A stretch of DNA of 63,107 nt, counting the filler, from Rhabdomonas costata (Eukaryota): NCBI GenBank assembly GCA_019059605.1. It is 56 parts of 56 records of this genome, joined end to end, with 100 filler letters (N's around TTAATTAATTAA, not from the genome) between each part and the next. Parts side by side here need not be neighbours in the genome. Positions count along the whole stretch, not along the records: positions 36,125 to 37,159 come from JAHMHO010032610.1; positions 37,260 to 38,286 come from JAHMHO010032611.1; positions 38,387 to 39,415 come from JAHMHO010032612.1; positions 39,516 to 40,544 come from JAHMHO010032613.1; positions 40,645 to 41,673 come from JAHMHO010032614.1; positions 41,774 to 42,797 come from JAHMHO010032615.1; positions 42,898 to 43,926 come from JAHMHO010032616.1; positions 44,027 to 45,055 come from JAHMHO010032617.1; 48 more parts are not named here. The stretch is one strand, 5' to 3'. Below the pieces are notes generated by a model. The model searched no databases and was not told the DNA's origin. It saw only the letters and a list, made by a program, of their open reading frames with translations. Within the stretch, counting starts at the first letter, position 1. Every line of letters starts with the position of its first letter. Positions 36,125 to 47,920 of this stretch are shown in pieces. A program made the position numbers and the translations under genes.

Positions 36125-36569
36125 CGTGCCTTTGTTTGGGGTGGTGCTTCCTGTGGTGGTGTCGGCTCCCCGGCCTTCGCCATCGCCATTGCATCGGCCA
36201 CCTCAATTCCAGCCGCTGGCCACCCCGCCGAGTGTCCCTGGAGGCCCCTCCGCCTCTTCGGGTCCACCAGAGGGTGAGGCGTGGCCCTGCCCGCACAACA
36301 ACCGGTGGAAGCGGCTTCGGTTGAAGAAGGTGCTTTCTCCTCTGCATATCCGTGCCATTCTCTTTTGGCGCTATTTTTCACGCAATTCACGCGATTTTTT
36401 CCCGTTCTTGTTTCCTTGTTTGTCTTCAGTTCATGTTTCTCACCTCGCTTCCTTTCAGGGCATGAATGACCTCCTGTGCATGCGGTGCGGGGTGAAGTGG
36501 AAGGGCTCGGAGTACTTCCTTCAGTTCATGGAGCGCCGCCGTGGAGGATACCGCTCCCCTAAGGGCTGA
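36125..36569 (+). CDS. C-terminus of a Pro-rich protein with a putative zinc-binding CxHN..W..CxxC..W motif; exons <36125-36329, 36459-36569
   Basis: Removing a 129-nt GT-AG intron gives EAWPCPHNNRWKRLRLKKGMNDLLCMRCGVKWKGSEY...stop. Confidence 0.65.
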
Positions 36570-37032
36570 CCAAAGAGGGAATCGGATGGTAGTAATCGCC
36601 GAGCGTGGTTTCGCTTCGTATTCAGTTTTCCGATTCTTATTCCCATCATCTTCCGTGTGTTGTTGCTGTACTTCTTCGGTAGGGTCAAGGTTCCATGCTG
36701 GCTGTGGCGCCCCGTGCCGCGAGGACAGCGGAGGACAGCGGAAGAGCCAAGAACGTCGGTAGGGACAGCCGACTCTTGTCGTATTTCTCAGAGCCCCCTT
36801 TACCATCCTTTTTTTTCCCAAACCACTTGCTCGTTTGGTTCGAGTGAGTCTTGACTTTGGACTTGAGTCTTCGTTCAGCGCTCATGGGACAGCGAAATTT
36901 CTTACCCACAATCTTGTTGAAAAACTATCAGGAGGTAGCAATAAAGGGTTAGACCAGAAATGAATGCTCGATCAATACATTCAGCCACGGCAGCAAAGAC
37001 AAAAACTTTTGAGCTCAGAAGAAGAAATACAG

Positions 37033-37033
37033 C

Positions 37034-37077
<44 letters not shown>
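37033..37077. repeat. (CAA)15 microsatellite
   Basis: Perfect trinucleotide run flanked by CAG. Confidence 0.95.
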
Positions 37078-37079
<2 letters not shown>

Positions 37080-37768
37080 GAAGAACAGAGCTGGCAAGTG
37101 CAAGAGAGAGCGTGAGAGGGGCACGCCTTCATCCGGCTCGCAAGGTTCACCGACGCACCNNNNNNNNNNNNNNNNNNNNNNNNNNNNNNNNNNNNNNNNN
37201 NNNTTAATTAATTAANNNNNNNNNNNNNNNNNNNNNNNNNNNNNNNNNNNNNNNNNNNNGGGGTGTGGGAAAATAAGAGATATTGTCACTTTTTTTGGCG
37301 GTGCAGAAAACGCTTCGCGAAAAACAGAAATGCGGCATTATCTGGCAGGAAACAGCACCCAACGAAGTGTGCATGTGTGGGGGTGCAGAGGACCCGCCCT
37401 TTCCCTCCCAGGTGTCAGGTGTGCTGATCAGTTCCGGCTGAAAGCACAAGATCACCCATTGAGGGTGGTCCCCAGACCCAATAAATGCTGCCGAGAGAAG
37501 CCAGAGAGATGGCCCAAACCGACCCTTCACACAGTCACAGGACTGGACGGGGTGCTTGCCCAAAGACGCCTCCCTGAATGAGGCATCCAGGGAGGACTTT
37601 GTGTACTCACGACACCATACCGTAAGAGTGCGTCAGCACGACTTCCCACATCCACCCTGCAGCCTGTCCGCGGCGCCTTAGCCGCAGCCCCATGCTCTGC
37701 CCCACGGGGGGCTGCTCCTGGGAAGGCATCAAACTCCCTCGGGGCCAGGCCTCCAGCAGCACACACAC

Positions 37769-37918
37769 CGAGCGAAAGCCACTATCGTGCTCCCCGTACT
37801 CCCTCTCGCTCTCCTCCTCCTCGCGCACATCCATCTCCTCCCCGCTGTGCGGGTCGTGAACTGCCCTTGCCTCTGTCGCCCTAAGCAGGTCTTCCTCCTC
37901 CTCAACCAAATCCACAAC
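37769..37918 (-). CDS. Putative acidic exon of an unknown protein
   Basis: 150-nt phase-0 exon, ttcttacag|...|gtgtgt: VVDLVEEEEDLLRATEARAVHDPHSGEEMDVREEEESEREYGEHDSGFRS. Confidence 0.5.
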
Positions 37919-38386
37919 CTGTAAGAAAAACAAGGTATATGTGGTGGGGGGCAACTCCGTGTGTGTTTGGGCACGAGCTAGGCCAGGAAATCGAAGTCGG
38001 CGAAGCGCTTCGGACACAAGTACCCCTTGAAGATAGAATGATCGGATGCCCCACCACCATTCTCTCGTCATCATCATCATCCGAAAACCATAATGGAAAG
38101 CAGAAGATCAAACACGAGTTTTCCTGTGGCACTTGAGAAAAATTCCACACTTATTTATTCATTCACATTCTTAAATTCATAAAATTCTAGTAAACAAAGG
38201 GAAGGAGGTGTACGCGCCGGTGGGGTGAAGATGAAACAAAACTTGCTTTCGGCACCCCACGAGTTTCCTGGTCATCCCACCACACCNNNNNNNNNNNNNN
38301 NNNNNNNNNNNNNNNNNNNNNNNNNNNNNNTTAATTAATTAANNNNNNNNNNNNNNNNNNNNNNNNNNNNNNNNNNNNNNNNNNNN

Positions 38387-38586
38387 TTGTGGGGGTAGTG
38401 AAATAACCCATCAAATACGTTGCAGTAACAAAATAATGACAAAAACATGGCTCCTGGACGAAATTGACATTTTCGCCCGTTTTGGGCTGTTGTATGGGAA
38501 AAATGTCAATTTCGTCCAGGAGCCATGTTTTTGTCATTATTTTGTTACTGCAACGTATTTGATGGGTTATTTCACTACCTCCACAA
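38387..38586. repeat. 87-bp inverted repeat starting at the contig's first base (probable fold-back)
   Basis: Arms at 38387-38473 and 38500-38586, with a single mismatch in the terminal G/T-only bases. Confidence 0.9.
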
Positions 38587-39677
38587 CTACAATGACCAGC
38601 AAAGATTACAAAAAATAGCTTTTTGTTTACAAAACGCTCACAAGGTACTCTCACGCTGATGGTTAAGAAGGCATTTTTTTAAAAAAAAAATGAAAGTTTT
38701 CCATGCAAGGCGTTTTTGGTCCAAAAAAACGACCTTTTGGGTCATATCTCGGAGAACTCGAATCCATTTTCCTTCGCTGTTTTTGCGTTAATTGGTGATT
38801 AATTAGGCCAATCTATGTATACTACACCCTGGGTGTGGTATTTCGGTATTCGGCATTTTTTTTTTGAAAAATCGCGTTTTCCGCCGTTCAGGTTGCGTTG
38901 TATGCGCGTGCCCCGAATTTGTCGCGCTGGCGCTGTCTTGAACCGCGAAGGGGCTCAAGATCCAAGCGAAACCTGGCAGTTTTCAAACAACATGAAAAGA
39001 ACTTACTCACTCAATTATCTGATTATCCACTAAATATCGAACTCCATCTATGTTTACCTTCTTTTCTGTGGTCAACAAAAAGAAATTCAGCGTTTTACTA
39101 TTTACCCAGCTCAACCCCAACCCCACCCCTAAACTAACCCTAACCCATTGTCTTATGACATCGTCGAACCACGTAGAGATCAAGACCTGTCTCAGTATCC
39201 GATTTCTAAAAGCAACTGCTGCCGCTCTTTGTGAAGCCGGTGCGCAAACGATAAGAACAGCGGGCGACAAAACGTGTTTCGCATGCACCGCATAACATCA
39301 GAAGAACAAACCATAGTTACAGCGCAGACGCACCACGCACTGGCAGCAGGAGAAGGGAGAATGGATACAGACACGCCCATCACGATGAACCACGAGCAAA
39401 TGAGAAACAACAAAANNNNNNNNNNNNNNNNNNNNNNNNNNNNNNNNNNNNNNNNNNNNTTAATTAATTAANNNNNNNNNNNNNNNNNNNNNNNNNNNNN
39501 NNNNNNNNNNNNNNNGTGGTGGTGGAAGACAGTGTAAAGACAAGACAGTGTACTTGGCTTTGGAAAGCTGAGGCTGCAGTGGAGATCGAAAGCGGCAGAC
39601 TGGCACTCCAGCGGTGTTTTGTAGCCATTGATTGTCTGCAAATGACATGGTGGCGTTGTGCGCACATTTTTTTGCAG

Positions 39678-40113
39678 GCCGTTGCGGTGCTGCTGTCCCT
39701 GCTTTCCCTGGGGATTAAGCCTATCCACTACGGTGCGGAGTGGGGTGCTTTTATGAGGAGAGCTTCAACTTCCCCATGTGTCGCTTTCAGTTCTCCTTTA
39801 TTGTGTGACTGCCACTGGCAGTGTGCAACGGATTTTCCAAATAGTTTGATATTGGAGCACTCCACTGCTTCGCTTTAATTTGATCGCGGAAAAAAGCGCT
39901 GCGAATCCGTGGCATATGGCTTGCCCAGTAAAGAATGCTCCCCCTCCCCTTTTTCTGATCTGTGTTCCTCTCTACTTGCTGTCAGGGCCGCACATCCCGG
40001 CATTCTTCAACAAGGACGTGATCGCATACCTGGAGAAGAACTGTGGGCTGATCCACGTCGGAGACGCGGTGCAGGATGCGAAGAAGATGTGCAGTGCGAA
40101 GGGCATGGCGTAA
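39678..40113 (+). CDS. hcp: Hybrid cluster protein (prismane/hydroxylamine reductase), last two exons 39678-39732 and 39986-40113
   Basis: Splicing a phase-1 GT-AG intron gives AVAVLLSLLSLGIKPIHYGPHIPAFFNKDVIAYLEKNCGLIHVGDAVQDAKKM...stop. This matches the HCP C-terminal consensus (EQK)AVxVLLxLLxLGxKxIxxGPxxPAFxSxxVxxxLxxxxG. Confidence 0.88.
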
Positions 40114-41494
40114 TTCTAAGGCCGTGTCGTCCGCCTGGCCTCAAGGACACCAGCTCATTCAATTCGGACATCATCTTATTTTAATCCGGAGGAAGGGGGA
40201 GGGGGAAAAGGCCGGAGTTTGGGGAATGAAGGGAATGCCTAGAGTTCCTGTTTCTCGGATCTTTGCGTAAAGCAAGACAAGTGCAAAGCAGGCGTGGCGC
40301 AATCAGGCTGTTCATTCTTCTGTATTTTGCTTTTCCCTCACTCCACTCGGAGACGAGACATTACTCTCATTGTGGGCCGCGCACCCAAAGAAAAGCTCAC
40401 CCTTTCTACGCCTGTACCATTACTCTACCCCATTACACGAGTTGTTCGGATGTGTTTGTGTTTTACCCACCATCAACCTCATTTTCCTGTCCTTTCAACA
40501 CAGTTCTCCGATGGTGGCGCTGAAAAGAAGGAAACAAAAACACANNNNNNNNNNNNNNNNNNNNNNNNNNNNNNNNNNNNNNNNNNNNTTAATTAATTAA
40601 NNNNNNNNNNNNNNNNNNNNNNNNNNNNNNNNNNNNNNNNNNNNTTTCCGTACCATCGCTGGGGCTTTTTGAAGGAATTTGAGGTGCATTTTCAGGGTTC
40701 GCAAACAAAAAAAAGCAATCAAGTTTGTGCCTCTGTCTCTCCCTGTGGTTGCTTGATTGATGTGTTTCTGTGCTTGCAGCGCGAGTTGACCTCGAGGCCC
40801 TCGCCGCCCCGCGCATCTGAATATCTGATTGTCGGATTTTTTCCCGTGTCTTATTGCAACCGTGAGATACCTGTTGCCACAGAGTGTGCAGTGCAACGTG
40901 TTTCCGCTCTTTGAACTTTTGATGACGGGATTATTGTGAGCTATGCAAAAAATTCGTGTCCGGATCAGCTCCTCGAAACCCCGTAACTGTTGCGACACAT
41001 ACGCTACTATGCTTCGTTGGTTCTCTGCTTCCATGTTTGTGAGGGGCATAAGAGCTTTCCCATAGTCCATTGTGTTGCCCCTGCAAGGCCACTCATAAAT
41101 TTCTCTCGGGGGCTTGACGCCGGTTGCTTCAGGAAGGGTATGATTTCTTTGATTCTTCGGCTGATCACCGTAAAAATGGTTGCACTGGGCCATGCCTCCG
41201 TGGAGTGCAGCTCCTTCTGTTTTTCACCAAGGGATTACACCCAATTGATGCCAACTCACTGTAACCTTTCTTACTCAGCCTGGACTAGTCTTCCGGTGCC
41301 TTTGTGCCAACTCGAATATCGCTGGGGTTCTGGCAAGCTGGCAAGGGAAGGGAGCATCATCGAAATGAAGGTTCTGTTTTGTTGTGTTCCATTTCCGGTG
41401 TTTGGCGGTCGTGAGCACTGATCCCGTTTCCAATCTCCTGGCGTCACACTTTGCATGTTCTGAATTGCTAACGGAGCCGCCAACGGGTTGTGGC

Positions 41495-41662
41495 GGGTGA
41501 TCTCCATACCTCTTCCCATTTCCGGAAGTCGTTGATAGCAATGCTTGCGGCGTTCGCCTCGGAGGCCTTCGCGGTCTCGGAGCTAACAGAGGCCCGGCGG
41601 AACTGCTTTGTCTCGTTGCTATCAACGACTTCCGGAAATGGGAAGAGGTATGGAGATCACCC
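41495..41662. repeat. 47-bp perfect inverted repeat at a contig end (probable fold-back)
   Basis: Arms at 41495-41541 and 41616-41662. Confidence 0.9.
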
Positions 41663-42113
41663 CCCCCACACTANNNNNNNNNNNNNNNNNNNNNNNNNNN
41701 NNNNNNNNNNNNNNNNNTTAATTAATTAANNNNNNNNNNNNNNNNNNNNNNNNNNNNNNNNNNNNNNNNNNNNGGGGGGGTTGGAGGCAGCACCAACTAA
41801 ATTACAGCTTATCAGTGGAATCTTTTAGTCTGTTGGCTTTCCGACGGTTTCATCGTCACTTTGTGGCTTAATTTCATGAGTGGACTGTCGATTTCGGAAC
41901 TGAAACCTTCTTTGGGTACAGCAAATGGTTTTAGAGTACAGTTTACAGTTTTATTTTTGTTCAGTTTTTACCATAACTCGAAGTTACAAGTTTTTTCTTT
42001 TGAAAGCTCGTTTTGGATCGTCGTTCCGAAAATTTTATGCAGCTTTATTCAGTTTTTTATTTGTAAGAATCCCTGAAGATACCTTTTTATGTGTGGTTTC
42101 ATTCTTCTTTCAG

Positions 42114-42413
42114 GAGAAGGATAAGGTTGCGGCCGAGGAAAGCGGGAGCGAGAGCGGAAGCGGAAGCGAACCCCAGAAGCGCCCTCTTCCTGCCAACGTA
42201 TGTCACGCTTATTCAATCATGTATCGGTTCTGAAGCAATACACCCTTGCTTGTCCCCGCATCCGTGCGCCTCCAGCTGCGGCCTCTGTGGGACAAGCAGA
42301 AGGAAAAGCTGCAAAGCCGCAAAAGGTTCCGTAAGGAGCACGGCAAGCCCAAGTCTTACAAGCAGACTCGGCTGAACACCGAGGAAAGGCTCGCTCGGCG
42401 AAACGCCAAAAAG
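42114..42413 (+). CDS. Two exons (42114-42197, 42276-42413) of a basic, probably nuclear, unknown protein
   Basis: Clean phase-0 GT-AG boundaries: EKDKVAAEESGSESGSGSEPQKRPLPAN|LRPLWDKQKEKLQSRKRFRKEHGKPKSYKQTRLNTEERLARRNAKK. Confidence 0.6.
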
Positions 42414-42897
42414 GTACGTTTTCGCATGTTTTTTCTCGTCGGGGTGCCTTGCAAGAGCAAATGACTGGCCGTTGTTGTGCCCAACCGTGTAGCCATTTGA
42501 TTTCGACCCCTCAGTTAGGATCACATGGCTACATCGAAAACAAAGATAAAAATAAACCTAATGGCTGACACAGCGGCATGCAGGTGGGCGGACTGTGTGC
42601 CAGCCAACAGCTCTTGCTTTGAACAAAATCCAAGCCCAAGTTAAGAAAGTGGTAAAAACACCCGAAACTGGCCCTTAAATTGCCTCTACGGCGGCTGTGC
42701 GGCTGCACCCCATGCCCTCAAAAGTCAAAAATGCCCAAATTCGACCTTGAAGGGGTCAAATCTCGGCGTAGAGGAGCCATTTATCTCAGGAGTACAANNN
42801 NNNNNNNNNNNNNNNNNNNNNNNNNNNNNNNNNNNNNNNNNTTAATTAATTAANNNNNNNNNNNNNNNNNNNNNNNNNNNNNNNNNNNNNNNNNNNN

Positions 42898-43201
42898 TGT
42901 GGGTTTGGACTTGCCCGCGGGGGCCTTCTTCTTGGACGCCGACTTCTTCTTGGGGGCGGCCTTCTTCTTGGGGGCGGCCTTCTTCTTGGGCGCTGCCTTC
43001 TTCTTGGGTGCGGCCTTCTTCTTGGGCGCTGCCTTCTTCTTGGTGGACACCTTCTTGGTGGCAGCCTTCTTCTTGGGTGCCGCCTTCTTCGATGCCTTCT
43101 TCGCCCCGGATTTCTTAACAGTCACCTTCTTCTTGGCAGCGACCCGCTTCTTGGGCGCGGCTTTCTTAGGGGCAGCCTTCTTCACCAAGGAATCCTCCTC
43201 C
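42898..43201 (-). CDS. Exon encoding a histone H1-like Lys/Ala/Pro-rich tail
   Basis: After tttgcag| reads EEDSLVKKAAPKKAAPKKRVAAKKK...(AAPKKK)n, with synonymous variation between repeat units. Confidence 0.8.
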
Positions 43202-44026
43202 CTGCAAACCAGGAGAAGAGAAGAATTGAAAGTGCACTCTCAGGTATGCCAAGGAGCCCCGACCGAAAGCTGAGCAACCCTTTAAAGGCCCGAAAAAGTG
43301 CGCCCCGGAGTTCCTTTTTGTTCTGTCCAAAAAGGCGCAAAAAGCCCAAAAGGGATCTTGAAGGGAAGGATTTCGGGTCCCATAATTTTTGGAGTGCCGC
43401 CAGACCACCAAAGCTAAGTCAAGTCAATGTCTGAGTTCTCCCTACGGGTCCGGGTGACTAAAGGGTATGTCGAACAGGACGGTTCGAGCCTAATGGTCCT
43501 ACCCCCGAGGACAATGGGTGAGGGTCTGGAGGTCACAAAAGGCTAGTTGGATGGATAGGCCTAAAAGAACCCCAGAGCTTTCTTTGTGAGATTACAGTTT
43601 GCTCACACCACAGCAGGGGAAAAAGAACTCCAGACATGGTTTCTGACCTCAACCTCCTTAGCAATAAGAAGAAAAGGAAATGCAAAAGCAATTACGCACT
43701 TCTCGCTCACATACTTGGGAGCGCTGGCAGCGGCGGGCAGGTCCGTCATTTCTGAAAAATCAGCAAAGCCAACCCTCAAAACCAAAGGACGATTTTTTCT
43801 TGACGTTTTTGTTTTCGCGCTTTTTGCTCCACTTCAGTCGCGGGCGCGAGGACGGGACGGAGAACTGACGGAGCATGATGGGCTTGATGGGCCAAGTGCA
43901 ACACCTCTAAAAATGGCCTCCAACTANNNNNNNNNNNNNNNNNNNNNNNNNNNNNNNNNNNNNNNNNNNNTTAATTAATTAANNNNNNNNNNNNNNNNNN
44001 NNNNNNNNNNNNNNNNNNNNNNNNNN

Positions 44027-45055
44027 GGTGGCATTGTCGAAGTGCCTTCAGTGGTGCCACCAGCGGCAGCGGCAGTTGCAGCTGCAGCCATTGCTGCTCT
44101 CTGAGCGTCCCATCCCCAACCGGCATTGCTCACGTCCCCATGGGTGATGCCACCGCCATAAGAAACCCACGAGGGGTACACCATTGCGGAGAAAGGCACC
44201 CCTGAAGATGCTCCCGCCTGCCCTGCAGAGCCTGGCCACGGCATGGCAGGGTAGATGGGGTCGTGCAGAGGAAGGCCCAATCCGGAGGTGAAGAAGCGGG
44301 GGAGTTCCCAGAGGCCCACCAAAGGGCTCCGTTGCAGGGGCTCGGGAAACGGCGCCGCTCGTGGTGCTGTGTGCGGGAAGCAGGTATAATGGGCAACCAA
44401 CGTCACCTTGGCTTTTTCAGGGGATCGACTCTGAAATGTCAGATCCTACCCAGTTCCCGTTCTCTCAAACATCGCCTCACGAGGAAATTCCGGCATCGCT
44501 CGACTCTTTTTGATGTCGGGGAAATCGAGGAGAAACTCGCCCGATGCAACGGAAGGGGCACATCAGCGACCAAGGCACCCTAGTGGCTACCCATCGGGAA
44601 CGTGGATTTATCATAAGTCACCGCCATGTGCAGCGATGGTCATTGCATGCAAGAAATGTTGATGAACCGGACAGGGTTATTTATGGGGTTGCGCGGGGTT
44701 GGGATGGGTTGCCTCGGGCTGGGTCAAATTTATACCCAATCAGCCGATAGTTGGTATTACCTGACCAAAGTGCGTGACACAACCAAAGATAAACCTGCTG
44801 CAACACTGTAACTGCCTGATGAAACACAAGGAAAAAGACAAATACCATCACACCAGCAAAAACGCTGCACATAGACAGACACAGACATACTGGCCCTTCT
44901 ACGTTTCTTGGGAAGAGCGCAAGGCTCTACTCCCACCTCCTCCCTGGGAAACATGGAGACCATCCGGCGGCCCCTTCCTCCAGTTGTGCCTGCGCCAAGG
45001 CTACTCCCAACGGCGTCCCCGCCCACGGGCCCAACACCCCCAAACACACCCACAC
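44027..45055 (-). CDS. Two exons (>45055-44891, 44366-<44027) of a low-complexity Gly/Pro/Ala-rich protein with a basic NLS-like motif
   Basis: A phase-1 intron, |gtatgt...cacag|, joins ...EPCALPKKRRRA to TPRAAPFPEPLQRSP... in frame. Confidence 0.5.
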
Positions 45056-46309
45056 NNNNNNNNNNNNNNNNNNNNNNNNNNNNNNNNNNNNNNNNNNNNT
45101 TAATTAATTAANNNNNNNNNNNNNNNNNNNNNNNNNNNNNNNNNNNNNNNNNNNNCGGCTCGAAACGCCGCGGCCCATAAAGCCAGATTTGTTCCATGGC
45201 TGGTGGCTTTGTTCCGGCGTTCTCGTTTTTGACGTTTCGCTTCATGAAAACGGGCGGGAACTGGCCATTATCAACGGCACAAAAATATACGCTTCTTGTG
45301 GGACATTTTGGCACCAGATTTCGTTTCGGGAACGGGGCTTGGAACAGGTGCATCGCAAACCGCTTCCCCCGAAAACCGCGTTGTAAAAGGAGCTTCCATC
45401 TTTCAAGGGCAAAGTGCTGGAGCATCAAAGCCGGGCCGTGAGATCCATTAGGTCGGTCTGCCTTACCAAACGGAACGGAAGGAAGAGACCACAAAAAATT
45501 CTTGCCAAACACAAAGGTTGCCGCCGTTACCGGTCGAAATCTTATGCCGCGCTAGTACCCTATTTTCCGTCGAAAAACGTGCAAGGCGTCCGCGTTGGCG
45601 TTCGGCGGTTGGCGCTTGGCGTTGTTGACTCAAACATACCTTGCGAAGCACAAAAACGTCCTGCGGCAAGGACGAAGAAACACCATCCGCCTATAAATGC
45701 TGCGCTCCATATTTCACGTCCCTCGACATGTTTTGATAGAGGTGAAACCTCTACGTGCAACCGGGCCCAACTTCTCGGATACAGACTGGCGGCAGTTACT
45801 TACCAACACACTCGAGGAATCCGATTTCTGATGCCAACCCTCCAAATACCCCAACACATGCCCGGACTCAAACGCACACGCAACCCATTAATAAAGTTCG
45901 CGGTGCCCTGAAATACAAATAGTACAACGCTGAACTCCACGATACAGGAAAACAATACCAAAATGACGAGGACACGAGGCAGCCAGAAGAAGAAATAGAG
46001 GGGGTAGCACAAATCTCTACCAATGACCTAAAAGGCCACTCACTCGGTCTAAAAATCTCGAAAGAACAAGAAATAGCAAAACAAATCTTCACACTCAGTT
46101 TTCTCCTCTCGGCGTGCATGTATGTGAGCAAACCCATCCACCCCAAATCACATACTACGGCTCACGGGAGGTTGAAACCCAAAANNNNNNNNNNNNNNNN
46201 NNNNNNNNNNNNNNNNNNNNNNNNNNNNTTAATTAATTAANNNNNNNNNNNNNNNNNNNNNNNNNNNNNNNNNNNNNNNNNNNNTTTTTTGGGGAGGCAT
46301 GTCACAGGC

Positions 46310-46701
46310 TGTTGGTAACGCCGTGCATGGATTTGTTCGCACCCAAGAGTCATAACCAGTTGCCGAGGTATTTTTACAGCAGAGGATGGGTATGAGGCAG
46401 CGCTAGGCTGCACGCATTTGCGTATGTGTGGAGTCCAGAGGTTTGCTTGTACGCAAATCCTCCGTGGAGTTTAATTCCGTTGGTGCTGATGAAGATTTGC
46501 AGAGATAAAGCGCTAGTGTTGTTAGTTAAGCCAAACTGGACGGATGCACCTTGGTTTCCTCTGTTGGAGGAAATTACAGTGCGGAGGTGGTTGAGAGGAG
46601 GTAAGCTTTATTTGTCAGAGAAGGGGGAGCTGAGACCCCCGCCAAGGTGGCCGACATTGTTTTCGTACGTGGTCGGTAAAGAAGTTGAGGGGGTGGTGTA
46701 A
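46310..46701 (+). mobile_element. DIRS-type (tyrosine-recombinase retrotransposon) DNA adenine methyltransferase-like domain, disrupted
   Basis: MDLFAPKSHNQLPRYF...AFAYVW...LYANPPWSLIPLVLMKI...LLVKPNWTDAPWFPLL matches the DLFA/NPPW/PxW..WF MT domain that follows RNase H in DIRS elements. An in-frame stop lies between apparent compensating indels. Confidence 0.8.
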
Positions 46702-47757
46702 CAAGAGGATGTGAATGGAGCTTGGAGAAGTATGGATTGAGAAGTTGCGGAGCCTGAGAGTGCGACTGTGCAGCAGAAGGATATTCAGAGTTGAGCCAGA
46801 GAGGTGGTGGCGGAGCAGTCGATATCCTTTCTTTCTTGAGAGTGAGCTGGAGAGTCATTTCTTGTTGTTTCTTTTTCAGGAGTTGCTGGCGAAGAGGATA
46901 CCCAGAGGAGTTCTTCATCTCAGAGGAGGCTTTATGCGGTGGAGGTTTGGGTATTGTGGACGTGTGGAGGCGAGAGCGTGGTGTCGTAGGGCTTGTGACA
47001 GTGTGTGAGTGCTGATCAAGTGTGTGCTGACTAACTACTCAAGCTTTGAGTGTGTGGAGGTCGAGCAGAGTGGCGTGGTGGGGGAAGAGTGCAGCTGAGC
47101 GAGGCTTTGCAAGAGGCTATCAAGCTATCAAGCAGTTTCATGTCAGAGAGTTGATTTTCAATGATTTGGTAGCGCTGTGAAGGTCATGTTCTATGCGATG
47201 TTTGCGTTGGACGAAGCAGAGTATGGACCGTTGTTGGAGGGACCTAGAATACTGAGGTTCATGACCGAAGATGAAGAGCGAAAAGATGGAAGCGCGCATT
47301 GTGTCTATTGTGANNNNNNNNNNNNNNNNNNNNNNNNNNNNNNNNNNNNNNNNNNNNTTAATTAATTAANNNNNNNNNNNNNNNNNNNNNNNNNNNNNNN
47401 NNNNNNNNNNNNNTTCGCAACTGATGGTTTATGTTGAAAACATTGGCGTTTTCTTTGTGCGAGATGGTTGGGACTGGCTACCACAAGCGTCTGCTGCGCT
47501 GGTCCGTTTTTGTGCAGTGTGATGCGTTGATTGCGGAAAGTCTCATCACTCCTTCCACTTAAGATACCACTATATCAGCGTGTAGACTCCGCACCTGGCA
47601 ACACAATCATTCCTCACCGCGAGGTTGAATGTGGTCATTTCACCTTTGAACGCGATCCGGCAGGCAAATACAATTGTCTTTCTTCAGCTCGTTTTAGTGT
47701 ACCGCACCTCTCACCGCACAACGTACAACCCGCCCCCCCCCCGCTTACACTGAGCAG

Positions 47758-47920
47758 TCTTGCGGAAACTCGAACTGCGGTGCGAGACGGCCGCGGTGGG
47801 GTGGAGCGCGTGGAAGTGAAGCGGCAGCTTGGCGAGCAGTTCGCCCACCTGCAGCGCCAGCGCACTCTGACCACGGGCCAGGAGACCCTACAGAAGACTA
47901 CTCACAACATCCCCAATGAG
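47758..47920 (+). CDS. MLF: Exon of a myeloid leukemia factor (MLF) family protein
   Basis: cag|...|gt exon: LAETRTAVRDGRGGVERVEVKRQLGEQFAHLQRQRTLTTGQETLQKTTHNIPNE fits the MLF core pattern ETRxxxRDxxxGxExxxxxxxIGDxxxxxxRxRxxxTGxE......N. Confidence 0.7.

Noticed and set aside
36964..37159. Poly-Gln protein
   Set aside because: Pure (CAA)n downstream of a stop codon, with no splice or homology support.
6225..40113. Cyclase, receivers and HCP as a linked NO/redox-sensing gene cluster
   Set aside because: They sit on separate contigs ordered only by length, so co-occurrence carries no linkage information.
40645..41193. Long minus ORF with CxxC (HCTLCG)
   Set aside because: No recognisable family. 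It may be TE-derived but I cannot support that.
42899..43273. Hydrophobic FFLGAA-repeat 'membrane protein'
   Set aside because: Antisense of the AAPKKK repeat.
45760..46100. Gypsy integrase GPY/F tail (GP..AVTY..LQIPQHM..EEEIEGV)
   Set aside because: Motifs are scattered over frames and too weak to call.
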